Shown one piece after another: positions 38,101-49,558 of a DNA stretch of 64,000 bases; position 1 is the first letter of the stretch; every line of letters starts with the position of its first letter. The stretch is from Rebecca billardiae RCC1528 (lineage: Eukaryota > Protista > Haptophyta): the NCBI GenBank assembly GCA_965240325.2, contig OZ251222.1:4836001-4900000 (forward strand), read 5' to 3'. Below the pieces are notes generated by a model that saw only the letters and a program-made list of their open reading frames with translations, did no database searches and was not told where the DNA came from. The position numbers and the translations under genes were made by a program.

Positions 38101-41100
38101 TGGCGGCGGGCTCGGCGGAGGGCTCGGCGGCGGGCTCGGTGGCGGTGACGGCGGTGGGCTCGGCGGTGGCGACGGCGGTGGTGAGGGCGGTGGGCTCGGG
38201 GGCGGGCTCGGCGGCGGCGGGCTCGGCGGCGGCGAGGGCGGCGGGCTGGGCGGTGGACTGGGCGGCGGCGACGGTGGCGGCGGTGACGGAGGAGGTGACG
38301 GTGGCGGCGACGGCGGCGGTGATGGTGGCGGGCTCGGCGGTGGCGGGCTCGGCGGCGGGCTCGGTGGCGGGCTGGGCGGCGGTGACGGCGGCGGGCTGGG
38401 CGGTGGCGGGCTCGGTGGCGGGCTGGGCGGTGGCGATGGCGGCGGGCTTGGCGGTGGCAATGGTGGCGGCGGGCTCGGCGGAGGGCTCGGCGGCGGGCTC
38501 GGTGGCGGTGACGGCGGTGGGCTCGGCGGCGGCGACGGCGGTGGTGATGGCGGTGGGCTCGGGGGCGGGCTCGGCGGCGGCGGGCTCGGCGGCGGCGAGG
38601 GCGGCGGGCTGGGCGGTGGACTGGGCGGCGGCGACGGTGGCGGCGGTGACGGAGGAGGTGACGGTGGCGGAGACGGCGGCGGTGATGGTGGCGGGCTCGG
38701 CGGTGGCGGGCTCGGCGGCGGGCTCGGTGGCGGGCTGGGCGGCGGTGACGGCGGCGGGCTGGGCGGTGGCGGGCTCGGTGGCGGGCTGGGCGGTGGCGAT
38801 GGGGGCGGGCTTGGCGGTGGCAATGGTGGCGGCGGGCTCGGCGGAGGGCTCGGCGGCGGGCTCGGTGGCGGTGACGGCGGTGGGCTCGGCGGTGGCGACG
38901 GCGGTGGTGATGGCGGTGGGCTCGGGGGCGGGCTCGGCGGCGGCGGGCTCGGCGGCGGCGAGGGCGGCGGGCTGGGCGGTGGACTGGGCGGCGGCGACGG
39001 TGGCGGCGGTGACGGAGGAGGTGACGGTGGCGGCGACGGCGGCGGTGATGGTGGCGGGCTCGGCGGTGGCGGGCTCGGCGGCGGGCTCGGTGGCGGGCTG
39101 GGCGGCGGTGACGGCGGCGGGCTCGGTGGTGGCGGGCTCGGTGGCGGGCTGGGCGGTGGCGATGGCGGCGGGCTCGGCGGCGGCGACGGTGGCGGCGGGC
39201 TCGGAGGAGGGCTAGGCGGTGGCGACGGAGGCGGAGTCGGCGGTGGGCTCGGCGGTGGCGACGGCGGTGGCGATGGCGGCGGGCTCGGCGGTGGGCTCGG
39301 TGGCGGCGGGCTCGGCGGCGGCGAGGGCGGCGGGATCGGCGGTGGGCTCGGCGGCGGTGACGGTGGCGGCGGCGACGGCGGCGGTGATGGCGGCGGTGAT
39401 GGTGGCGGCGATGGCGGCGGGCTCGGTGGCGGCGGGCTGGGCGGTGGCGAGGGCGGCGGGCGGGGCGGCGGGCTGGGCGGCGGGCTCGGGGGAGGCGGGC
39501 TCGGCGGAGGGCTGGGCGGTGGTGAGGGCGGTGGGCTTGGTGGTGGTGACGGTGGCGGTGGGCTCGGAGGCGGGCTCGGTGGCGGTGAGGGCGGCGGGCT
39601 CGGCGGCGGGCTCGGTGGCGGCGGGCTTGGCGGCGGGCTCGGCGGCGGGCTCGGCGGCGGGCTCGGTGGTGGCGACGGCGGCGGCGGGCTGGGCGGCGGG
39701 CTTGGCGGTGGCGATGGTGGCGGGCTCGGCGGCGGGCTGGGCGGCGGGCTGGGCGGCGGCGAGGGTGGCGGGCTTGGAGGCGGTGATGGCGGCGGCGGGC
39801 TCGGCGGCGGCGAGGGCGGCGGGCTGGGCGGTGGGCTAGGCGGCGGTAACGGTGGTGGCGGTGACGGAGGAGGTGACGGTGGCGGCGATGGCGGCGGTGA
39901 TGGCGGCGGGCTCGGCGGTGGCGGGCTCGGCGGCGGGCTTGGTGGCGGGCTGGGCGGCGGTGACGGTGGCGGGCTCGGCGGCGGCGGGCTCGGCGGCGGC
40001 GAGGGCGGTGGCGATGGCGGCGGGCTCGGCGGCGGCGACGGTGGCGGCGGGCTCGGCGGAGGGCTCGGCGGCGGGCTCGGTGGCGGTGACGGTGGTGGGC
40101 TCGGTGGTGGTGACGGCGGTGGCGATGGCGGCGGGCTCGGGGGCGGGCTCGGCGGCGGCGGGCTCGGCGGCGGCGAGGGCGGCGGGCTCGGCGGTGGGCT
40201 AGGCGGCGGTGACGGTGGCGGCGGCGACGGCGGCGGTGATGGCGGCGGTGATGGTGGCGGGCTCGGCGGCGGGCTCGGAGGCGGCGGGCTCGGCGGCGGG
40301 CTTGGCGGAGGGCTGGGTGGCGGGATCGGCGGCGGGCTCGGGGGCGGTGGGCTTGGCGGAGGGCTGGGCGGTGGTGAGGGCGGTGGGCTTGGCGGCGGTG
40401 ACGGTGGCGGTGGGCTCGGAGGCGGGCTGGGCGGCGGTGAGGGTGGCGGGCTCGGCGGCGGGCTCGGTGGCGGCGGACTCGGCGGCGGGCTCGGCGGCGG
40501 GCTCGGCGGCGGGCTCGGCGGCGGCGACGGTGGCGGCGGGCTCGGCGGTGGGCTCGGCGGCGGCGAAGGTGGCGGGCTGGGCGGCGGGCTCGGCGGCGGC
40601 GACGGCGGCGGTGACGGCGGCGGGCTCGGCGGCGGCGACGGCGGCGGCGGGCTCGGCGGTGGCGACGGCGGTGGACTGGGCGGTGGGCTTGGCGGCGGCG
40701 ATGGCGGCGGCGGGGACGGCGGCGGCGATGGTGGCGGCGACGGTGGTGGAGATGGCGGCGGGGACGGCGGCGGCGATGGTGGCGGCGACGGTGGTGGAGA
40801 TGGCGGCGGGCTCGGCGGCGGCGGGCTCGGCGGCGGGCTCGGCGGCGGGCTTGGAGGTGGCGACGGCGGCGGGCTCGGTGGTGGTGGGCTTGGCGGTGGC
40901 GATGGCGGCGGGCTCGGCGGCGGGCTTGGTGGCGGCGATGGCGGCGGTGGGCTCGGCGGAGGCGATGGTGGCGGTGACGGCGGTGGGCTGGGCGGCGGGC
41001 TGGGCGGCGGGCTGGGCGGCGGCGATGGCGGTGGGCTCGGCGGTGGGCTGGGCGGCGGGCTCGGCGGCAGCAAGGGTGGCGGGCTCGGTGGGGGCGACGG

Positions 41101-41739
41101 CGGCGGCGAGGGTGGAGGGAGCGGTAGTGTGCTCACGCTGAATGCGCTCGAGTCGAACGTGTAGCGCGACGACGACGTCGTCCAGCTCGCCGCGTTCCCG
41201 ATCGCAGCCAGCAGCGCGCCCACCGTGCCGTTGCGAGCGCCCACGTACTCGGCGTTATCAATAGACGTGGAGGCGCCGCCCAGCGCCACGGCCGAGGTGC
41301 CGAGGGTGAGGGTGGAAGGCAGCGCACCCGTGCTCGCGGACGTCGAGTCCGCGTCGAACGCGTCCCTCGCGGTCGAGACGGCGTAGAGGAAGTTGGGGTC
41401 CGCCTCGGTGTTCGTGTACGCGTACACCACGTCGCCCGACGCCGCGAGCAGCGGGCCCGAGAGCGTGATGGTCACGACGGTGCCCGTGGAGACGGTGGAG
41501 CCAAGCGTCCATGTATGCGTCCCCTCGCCCGTGCGCCACGTGTTGTCCGCCTTCCACCCGTTGTCTGTGAAGTAGACCACGGTGCCGGAAGCGATGTCCG
41601 TGAGCGCGACGACCACAATCTCGTCCGGGTTGACGGTGTTCACGCCGACGATGGCGAGGTCGCCGGGGTTGAGCGCGCGCACGCTCCGCCCACCAAGCAG
41701 GCACGCGACCAGCACCACGCAGCCTGCCGCGCGCATCAT
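24289..41739 (-). CDS. Giant polycystin-1/PKDREJ-like membrane receptor (5,816 aa): signal peptide, beta-rich head, ~3,000-aa Ser-Pro3/4 stalk, IPT/TIG repeats, REJ, GAIN/GPS, about 5 TM, IQ motif, EF-hand pair
   Basis: Single 17.45-kb ORF; GPS CIFWDEAARAWADDGC..CACDHLTDFA; REJ signature NRPPWGGALSVSP..TRFRLQASGWADD..LPLSYAF; IPT VHPPGGPVRGGTVVTVVG; EF loops DADGNGAIDHAE and DSDHDGTISFAE. Confidence 0.85.
31696..31810. repeat. Perfect 12-bp tandem repeat (about 9.5 copies) encoding (GGSA)n
   Basis: gcccgcgctgcc repeated. Confidence 0.9.
32040..41125 (-). repeat. Coding SPPP/SPPPP repeat array with higher-order units (243, 363 and 975 bp)
   Basis: Marker gcaatgg at 37731, 38094, 38457 and 38820 (363-bp period); near-identical alternative-frame ORFs 32347-33249 and 33322-34224 offset by 975 bp. 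Confidence 0.9.
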
Positions 41740-42316
41740 GCCGGGTAGCGCGCGCCAACTGCTAGCGTCACGGGACTAACCGAGCGTGCGGTGGGTATCA
41801 ACCAGGCAAGCGGTGTTCCCGTATTCGCTGAGCCAGTGAAGGGTAAGCGGTATGGGTAATGCGGTATGACGTGCCTTGTATCGCTGGATGGGTAGCTTTG
41901 ATGATCAGGGTGTGGGCATCCCAAAATGGAAGCTGGCCCGCTCAGATCGTATCTGAAGTGGTTGAGACGCTGTGTGCCGGACTGGCGGCGGATGTGATTA
42001 ATATTCGTCGTCATCAGCACAACGTCAACACGACGACCTATTAACCACGTCCCTGGGGATCCAGAGCTGGTGGGACCTGAGCTGCTTTGTACCGTTTCGT
42101 AGTTATTAGCTACAGATATGATTTGCGCCAACCAACTCACCTTCCCGGCGGCTGCGCGGACGGTGGGCGGGAGCCACGGGCCCCGCGGGAGGCCTGGAGG
42201 GAGCATCGCTGATCATGGGGACAAGCCGTCAAGCGAAGCGGACGTCCCTCACTGCCGCCAATACTGCTACTATTATAACTCGATCAGAAGCTCGCCGGCG
42301 TGGGGCCGCCCGCGCG

Positions 42317-43604
42317 TCAGTCCTCCTCCTCCTCCTCCTCCTCGTACATGGACGGATGCGGCTCGGGGTAGCCCCAGCGCGTGCGCAGCGCCGCGTCCGA
42401 CTCGAGCCCGTCGCCCGGCGCCACGTTCTGGTGCACGTACCGGTTGGACTCGGGCCACACCGCGCCGTCCGCGATGAGGAGCATGTCCACGCCGTGCGGC
42501 GCGAGCGCCTTCGCGAACGCCTCGCGCGCCGCCGGGTACTCGGCGATGTTCTTAATCGCCGCGATCGTCGCGCGCGCGGTGAAGGCGTCGGTGCCCGCGC
42601 CCACGAGCACGCGGGTGAGCGGCGGCACCGCCGCGCCCGCCGCCTGCATCTTGCCCTCCTTGGCGATGGAGATGGCCATGATGCAGCCGACGGCGAGGCG
42701 CTGCACGTCGTTGTCGATGCCCTCGCCCGCCGTCGCGTCCGTGTTCGCCCCGCCGCCGCCGCTCCAGCCGTGCCGCCCGCCGGTCGACGCCTCGGCCACG
42801 AGCGCGGCCAGCGTGGGCACGAGCTCGGCGTTGATGGCGGCGAGCTTGCCGTCCTGCGACTGGCTCAGGTTGAAGAGGGTGTGCAGGGCGGCGAGGAGGA
42901 GGGCGCGGTGGCCCTCCGCGCCCAGCTTGATACACCGCTGCAGCTTCGCGATCACGTCCGCCTTGAGCGCCACGCCCACGCCCACGTCGAGCCGCGCCAG
43001 GCTGGTGAGCGCGCCGAGCGCGTGCGCCAGCGTGCCCTCCTCGTCCACGTCGAGCGCGCGCACGAGCGAGCCGACGATGCGCCCGTCGGAGATGAGCGCC
43101 ACGCCTGGGGAGCGGGCGGGGGCGGTGCGCGCGCCCGACGCGGCGGCGGGTCGGGCTCGGCCGCGGCTCGGCGCGCGCGCGACGGCGGGTGGGCGCGGGG
43201 CGCGCGCGCGCACCGTCGCGCGAGGACGCCAGCGCCTCAAACGCGCCCGCCGCGGCGGTGCGGCACGAGGGGAACTCGTCGCGCAGCAGCACGGTGAGCC
43301 CGGGGACGATGCCGTGGTCGCTGATCGCGATGCGCCCCTGGATCACCGTCGCGAGGCTCGCGATGCACTGCGCGGAGAGCTGGCGCACCGTCTCGTCCTC
43401 CCAGCCCAGCAGCGCGTTCAGCCGCGCGACGATGGACGGCGTGGCGTTGACGGCGACGGTCTTCTCCTCCTGCGAGGAGAGGATGTTGCGCAGCGAGGTG
43501 AGCGTCTGCACGCGCCGCTCGTCGGACAGGGCCTTGTCGCTCAGCACCTCCGCCAGCTTGGGCACGGCGCGCTGGCCGTACGCGTACGAGAAGAGGGTCG
43601 ACAT
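42317..43604 (-). CDS. RSPH14: Armadillo-repeat flagellar radial spoke protein (RSPH14/RTDR1-like); exons 43604-43214, 43104-42317
   Basis: N-terminal AYGQRAVPKL motif typical of RSPH14, ARM-like repeats, phase-1 GT-AG intron 43105-43213. Confidence 0.75.
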
Positions 43605-43681
43605 GCTGAAAGCAGCGCGTAAGTAACCGCAAACGTCAACGACTCAACGACACCACCTCCCGACCGCTGAACGCCTGAACG

Positions 43682-44203
43682 ATGCCGGACGAGGCCAGCG
43701 ATCTCGCTTTCATCACCGTCGGCACGACGCGCTTTGACGAGCTCATCGAGGCGGTGACGCACACGCGCGCGCTCGACGCGTTCCATCGCGCTGGATTCCG
43801 ACGCCTGCGCATCCAGTACGGCCGCGGGGCGCCGCCCGCCGCCGCCACCGCTCCGCCAGCGGGCTGCGCAGTGCGCGTCGAGGCGTTCGCTTTCAAGCCC
43901 TCGCTGGCGGCGGACATGGACGAGGCCGCGCTCGTGATCAGCCACGCGGGCTCGGGCTCGATCCTGGAGGCGCTCGAGCGCGGCAAGACGCTCGTCGTCG
44001 TCGTGAACGAGCGTTTGATGGACAACCACCAGGCGGAGCTCGCTGACGAGCTGCATGCACGCCGCCACCTGCTCGCCTGCCGCGTGCGCGGCCTGCACGA
44101 GGTGCTCGATGCGCTGGCCGAGCGGCCCGCGCTCGAGCCTTTCCCCTCGCCATCTGCCGACGCATTCGGGCGTTACGTCGACGAGCTGATGGGGGTTCGG
44201 TGA
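43682..44203 (+). CDS. ALG13: UDP-GlcNAc transferase catalytic subunit (GT28 C-terminal domain)
   Basis: FITVGTTRFDELI, LVISHAGSGSILEAL, VVVNERLMDNHQAELA. Confidence 0.95.
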   Translation: MPDEASDLAFITVGTTRFDELIEAVTHTRALDAFHRAGFRRLRIQYGRGAPPAAATAPPAGCAVRVEAFAFKPSLAADMDEAALVISHAGSGSILEALERGKTLVVVVNERLMDNHQAELADELHARRHLLACRVRGLHEVLDALAERPALEPFPSPSADAFGRYVDELMGVR

Positions 44204-44500
44204 ACGCAAGTGACGCGTTGCCACCTGCCGGCACGCAGCCGGCCCGTGACCCCGACTCGGCGGTGTGGGAGCAACTCGCGTTGGGTTCGGGCTTCGGCAC
44301 TTGTGTCGCGATCGGACTGTGTCGCGATCCGTCACCGCTGGTGCCAGCCCTGTCCTCCAGAGTGCATAGGTATATAAACATGATACGTATCATGGCGGAC
44401 GAAAGTGTCAGCTCAGAGCCTATTTCCTCCTGCTCGCGCGCCAGCGGCAGCGGCAGCAGCGGTAGCGCCGCCATCGCCGAGAGAGTGGCGGAGAGACCTA

Positions 44501-45112
44501 TGGAGCGCTCGTTGGAACTTGGCGGGGCTTGGAACTTGACACCGCATTTCCCAGCGAAGTGCCCCATCTGGCATCTCGGCGGGGCTGGCACGGTCGGCAC
44601 ACGCTCCTGAGCGCTCGCTTTGCGGTGCGGCAGGCCTTGGGCAGCCCAGACAGACATGCCGCGACCGAATTACCGGGCCATGCGCGCACCACACCCGCGC
44701 TACATGGCCTACGCGCTGGACGACTGAGAGGCAACGCCGAACCACTGCATTCCACTGCCCGGCATGCACCCCGAGTCACCTTCAGAGGGCGTCGACGAGC
44801 GCAGAGCGGGTGCGTGGGAGTTCGACCAACTCGTGTACCTTCTTGCAAGCACCAGCGGCGAGGTTGCAAGCCGAACCTTGACCAGCCGTGGAACTTGAGC
44901 TGGTCGGCAGCAAAACCACCGTTCAACCCGGATCAAGTTAGCAGCGTGCGAGGAGGAGGCGCGGTGCGCGTCCGCGGCTGGCGAGAGGCGTCCGGACCGT
45001 GCCGTTCTCGGCCGCGCCCGCGCGCTTCCCGCCGCCGCGGGCCCCGTGTACGCCCGTCGTCGCCCTCGCCGCGCGGGCGCCAAACCGGCGTCAAGTTCCA
45101 ACGAGCGCTCCA
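44501..45112. mobile_element. MITE (612 bp) with perfect 21-bp TIRs and TA flanks
   Basis: TGGAGCGCTCGTTGGAACTTG (44501-44521) and its reverse complement (45092-45112), TA on both sides; internal TGGAACTTGA copies near 44530 and 44890. Confidence 0.85.
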
Positions 45113-45192
45113 TACATGATGATTCTGACCGCGCGGGAGTTCCGCGCCTCCGCGGCGGAAATCGAAAATGAAGTCATCTCGCATCACGAACG

Positions 45193-45894
45193 ATGGCGCC
45201 GGCGGCGAGCGATGACGACGATGAGAGCGTGAGGGAGGTGGCCAGGCTGGTGCCCCCGGAGTGGTTTGCCGAGGTGCCACCGACGCCAGCCGTGCGCGCT
45301 AGGCAGGAGGCTCTACCGACCCCAGCCGCGTCCCCCTCCTCGTACGCCGCTTTCGCCGCCCTCGTCGGTGGCGCGGCCATCAGTCTAGGGGTGGGCGTCA
45401 TGCACGGCATGCGCTCGGCGCCGGCCGACGGCGATGGCGGCGATGGGCGAGCCGGGCTGCAGAGCGGCGCGCGGCAGCCGTCGCCCATGCCGTTGGAGGA
45501 GAAGTTCGGCGTGCGCCGGACCGTGCGCGCCCTGGGCTACGCGACCGCTCTCGTCGGCGCGAGTGGGGCTGCCGGCGTGTTCGCCCTCTGCTCCGCGCTC
45601 GACGTCTGGTCAGCGGCCGAGTTCGGGGCGGCCATGCACGCGCGGCTGGGCGGCGTGCGCGAGCAGCTCGAGGGCACGCTGCGCCCCGCGCGCGAGGGCC
45701 TTGGCTCCGCCTTCGCCGCCGTCACGCACCTCGACTTCGACGCACTCGTGCTCGGGCTGCAGGCGAGGCTGGGGGCGGCGCAGCCGGAGCCGCGCCCACC
45801 GGAGCCCGCACCCGAGCGTCCGGCTGCCGGTGCGGCAGGGGCGGTGGTGGATGGCGGGGGCACGCGCGGGGAAGGCGCCGGGGGTGCTACGTGA
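45193..45894 (+). CDS. TMEM242/AIM11-like two-TM membrane protein (DUF1358-like)
   Basis: Two hydrophobic segments; RALGYATALV..VFALCSALDVWSAAEF resembles the family signature. Confidence 0.6.
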   Translation: MAPAASDDDDESVREVARLVPPEWFAEVPPTPAVRARQEALPTPAASPSSYAAFAALVGGAAISLGVGVMHGMRSAPADGDGGDGRAGLQSGARQPSPMPLEEKFGVRRTVRALGYATALVGASGAAGVFALCSALDVWSAAEFGAAMHARLGGVREQLEGTLRPAREGLGSAFAAVTHLDFDALVLGLQARLGAAQPEPRPPEPAPERPAAGAAGAVVDGGGTRGEGAGGAT

Positions 45895-47505
45895 GCGCGG
45901 CCCCTTCAGGCGGGCGGACTCCCTCACCAGTGCACAGCGCAGTGGCTCTGATCGGGCGAGCCGCACCACTCACCAGCTTAGTGGGAAGTGCTTTGAGGTG
46001 CCGTGCGCCAGGCACCAGCAGAGTGGACCAGCTCATCACGCCGATGCTGATGCAGTGATGAATGCTGGCGGATTATCAGGTCGCGTCGTCATAGATGGCA
46101 TCAGCGCGCGCGATGAGCGAGCAGCGGATATCCGAGATGGCCTGTTTTATTTCTACCAGAGCCCAACGGCGACATTCGCCAACGCGGTACAATGGCGGCT
46201 TGCCCGCTGGTGGGTACCGGCGCGATTGCGGAGTAGTGATGGCACGTCGTTGGCGCATGTTCGTACTAGGGCGCTGAGCTGTAGCGAAAGATCATGCCAA
46301 TGCTTGCTGCTAAGCCTTGCCATGGTGCTTCGGCATGACACAGACGGGTCACTCGCAGCGCACGGCAGTGTGACGATCGCCGCGCCGCGGCGGCAAACCG
46401 CGGTTGCGGGCGCGTTGCAAGCTGCAAGCACTCTGCCTTGGCTGCGTCGCGCCCGTGTCAGTTGGTGAACCCGGATTGTAGAACGACAGATGGACTGCAA
46501 ACGATACTAGCTCTACTCGCTCCGCCGCCACTTCCTTGTCGAGCGTGAGATGTTTGCGCATGCAGCTTGCCTCCTGCATTTGAACGTTGTCACGGCAGGT
46601 TGGTGGGCCGGTTGTTCAGGCCTCCTCGGCGTAGATGACGACAAGGTGCGTGCCGCGCGCACCCATGGCGCGCGGAAAGGCGTGCACACGCGTCATCGCG
46701 CATCTGGCAGGCTGCAGTCTTGGCCAAGATGATGCCAGAACAAGCCTGCCAGTGCCTCAACACGCGGGCGCGAGCGCGCAGAGAGATCTGGCTTCTGACC
46801 CGTGCTCTTCAGTGTACCTCGTGTGCGACGACGACGAGGCGGACGAGCGCCGCAACTGGATTCGTGCACTCACCGGTCACCGAGGAGTGCACGAATCGCA
46901 TTCCTCACGCACGTGGGGGCCGCCATCGGCCGTGAGAGGTACACTGAACGGGGCGTGACACCGATTCCCACTGGCGGGCACGGGTTTGTCGCCGTGACAT
47001 AGTAAATGGAATCTGGTAGAAATAAAACAGGCCAGATATACGCGGACTGATCCGACGCCGCAGTCCGAGACCGAGTGCGCTGATGTAGCGCTAAGTCGCG
47101 CGTCGCGAGTTATTTTCGGTGCGCGTGAGTCGTCAGTGCTGCATGATGCCACTGGCACTGATGGACATCAGAGCAGTCATCAGACTCAGTGAGTCAGTGT
47201 GATTGACGATGCTGGTGCCGCGACGATGATGATCGGACGATGATGATGGTGCTGCTGCCTGCTGGCGCACAGCCGCCGACTTGTGCCGTGTGCGTCACAG
47301 GCTCCCCGATCGACGTCGTCGTCGGCCATTGCACTCCTCGTCTGATCCGCCTCCGCAGTGCGCATGCCAGGCATGCCGCGCACGCGCGGCCGAGGCGGCG
47401 CGTGTTGCGTCTGGCTGGTCGGAGTGGACGCCGCCGGGTGCAACGCCGCGCGCCACGCCGCGCGGCGGTGCGCGCGCGCCGCGCCGGGCGGCCGCGCGCG
47501 CGCGC

Positions 47506-49261
47506 TCATGCTTTGCGCTTGCGCTTGGGCGGCTCTGTGACGCCCGCCTCCACGAGCGAGGCGGAGACCTCCTGCAGCAGCTTGAGGTCGGAGGGCGGCG
47601 GCGAGACGGGCCGCAGCGGGGGCGGCAGCAGCGCGTTGAGGCCGGCTGCGCGCCCGTCCTCGCGCAGAAAGTCCCACGCGCGCAGGTACTGGCGCGGCGT
47701 CGCGTCGATCGGCGCGTTGAGGTGCGCCGGGATGATGCGCGTGAACGGCCACTTGGCGACGGTGCGCGCCCACTGCAGCACCGGCGCCGGCTGCCGGTCG
47801 AGGATGAGCTCGGTGAGCACAGGCGGCACAAACGGCCGCCCCTCGATGGCGGAGAGGGAGGCGTCCGCAGCAGCCGCGTCCCAGTCCCAGGGGTAGAGGC
47901 CGCCCCAGCCCAGCCGCTTGAGCGACGGCGGCGTCTTCGCCGCGTCCGCCAGCGCCTGCCCCAGCGACTTGACGCTGATGCCTGATGCGCCGCGCAGCAG
48001 CCGCGCGCGCGCGCGACGCGCGCGCGCCCGCGCCGCGGTGAGCGCGCGCGCGCGCGCGCGCGGGGCGCGCGCGCGCCGCGCGGCGGCCGCGCGCGGTGGT
48101 GCCGCGCGCGCGCGCACCGCCCGGGTTGAAGTACAGCGCGAAAAGCGCGATCCGCGCCCAGCCGGTCCGGCGCGCCTGCTCACTGTCCGCCACCTCGTCC
48201 TCGCCCCTGTCGCGCGCGTGGAACAGCAGCGCGTCCACGTCCGCATCCATGATCTCGGGCGGCGTGCGGCGCACGCACACGATCGAGTCGACGAGGAGGA
48301 GGGTGCGCGAGGCGCGGTGGAAGAAGGCGGCCTCGCCGAACGCGCCGTCGCGCGAGCGCAGCGTGCCGAGGCACGCGTGCTCCACCTCCGACGCCCACGG
48401 GCACGGCTCCGCGCCCGGCCAGTCCGAGGGCGCGCTCGAGGGCGGCAGCGTGCGCACGCCCGTGCCCGCAAAGCCCACCCAGTCCAACGGCAGGTCGAGC
48501 GGGAACGAGTACTGGCCGGGCAGGCTCCACAGCTGCGCGCCGCGGAAGGCGCGCGCGAACGGCCCGGCGAACACCTTGTGCTCGATGCCGAGCGTCGGCA
48601 GCACGATGTGCCGCACCTGGTGCGCGGCGCAGTGCGCGGCGCAGCGCGGGGCGCGGCAGCGCGCGGGGCGCGGGGCGCGGCAGCGCGGCCAGCAGCGGGG
48701 CACGGCGGCGCGGCGCCGGGCGGGGCGGGCTAGTGAGGGCGGGGCGGGCGCGGCGCGCGGCGCGCGGCGCGCGGCGCGCGGCGCGCGGCGCGCGGCGGCC
48801 GCGCGCACCGGCCCGTGCTCCGCCTCGAGCGCGCGCAGCTCGCGCACGCACTCGCGCGTGGGCGCGACGGGCGAGTAGACGAGCAGCCCGCCCTTCAGCT
48901 TGAGCACGGTCATGCGCACGGGGACGTGGACGAAGAGGGTGCCCTGCAGCTGGTCGAAGGTCCACACCTGCCCCGGCACCACCTCGCGCACGCTCGTCAC
49001 GCGCGTGCCGAACGGGAAGATGGGCAGCGCGAACCAGAGGCCCCACGCCGTGTCCGCCGCCGGCCGCGGCTCGGAGGCCGGCCGGCGCAGGCCCGACGTG
49101 GCCGCGAGGGCCGGGCTCGCGCGGGCGAGTCTGGCGCGGGGGGGCGAGGGCGCCGCGACCCGAGCACTCGCGCCGCCGCGCACGCCGGCCTGCCCCCACG
49201 CCGCGCCGCCGGCCGGCAGCGCCAGCAGCAGCAGCGGCACGTCTCGAAGGCGCCCCATCAT
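47506..49261 (-). CDS. DUF4336 family protein, probably plastid-targeted; exons 49261-48809, 48616-48118, 47981-47506
   Basis: LPIFPFGTR..EVVPGQVWTFDQLQG..VPVRMTVLKL..GGLLVYSPVAPTREC, GIEHKVFAGPFARAF, RIIPAHL; signal peptide plus transit-like leader; two GTGCGC..AG introns. Confidence 0.85.
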
Positions 49262-49558
49262 CGCCGATGATGCGCGCGGCCACCCCGACGCCCGAACCTC
49301 GAAAGCGATCTCGCGCGGCGAGATGACGAGATCTGATCCGCGGGCAATCATTCGACGCGAAAAGAAATGCGCCGCCGTGCGCGTCAACTTGGCACCTTGG
49401 TCCTTGCAAAGGACCATCCTTTGGTCCTTGCACCCGGAGCGGCCGCGCCCGCGCTGACAATGCCAGTCGGGGGCCGCGCCGCGTCGTGAGCTCGCTCGCA
49501 CCAGCCGCCGCACGCGAGGCGCCGCGCCGCGCCGCGCCCGCGCCACCGGCTGCCGAGC

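Noticed and set aside
32040-41125. CRISPR-like or satellite array
   Set aside because: In-frame coding repeats with synonymous variation and no unique spacers
5156-41164. Very long antisense and alternative-frame ORFs (for example 5548-12831, 24268-31848, 31322-41164)
   Set aside because: Arg/Ala/Gly-rich shadows of real genes caused by stop-codon scarcity at extreme GC
45900-47200. Lower-GC 1.3-kb intergenic stretch as a gene or element
   Set aside because: No coding bias and only an 8-bp inverted match; no supportable boundaries
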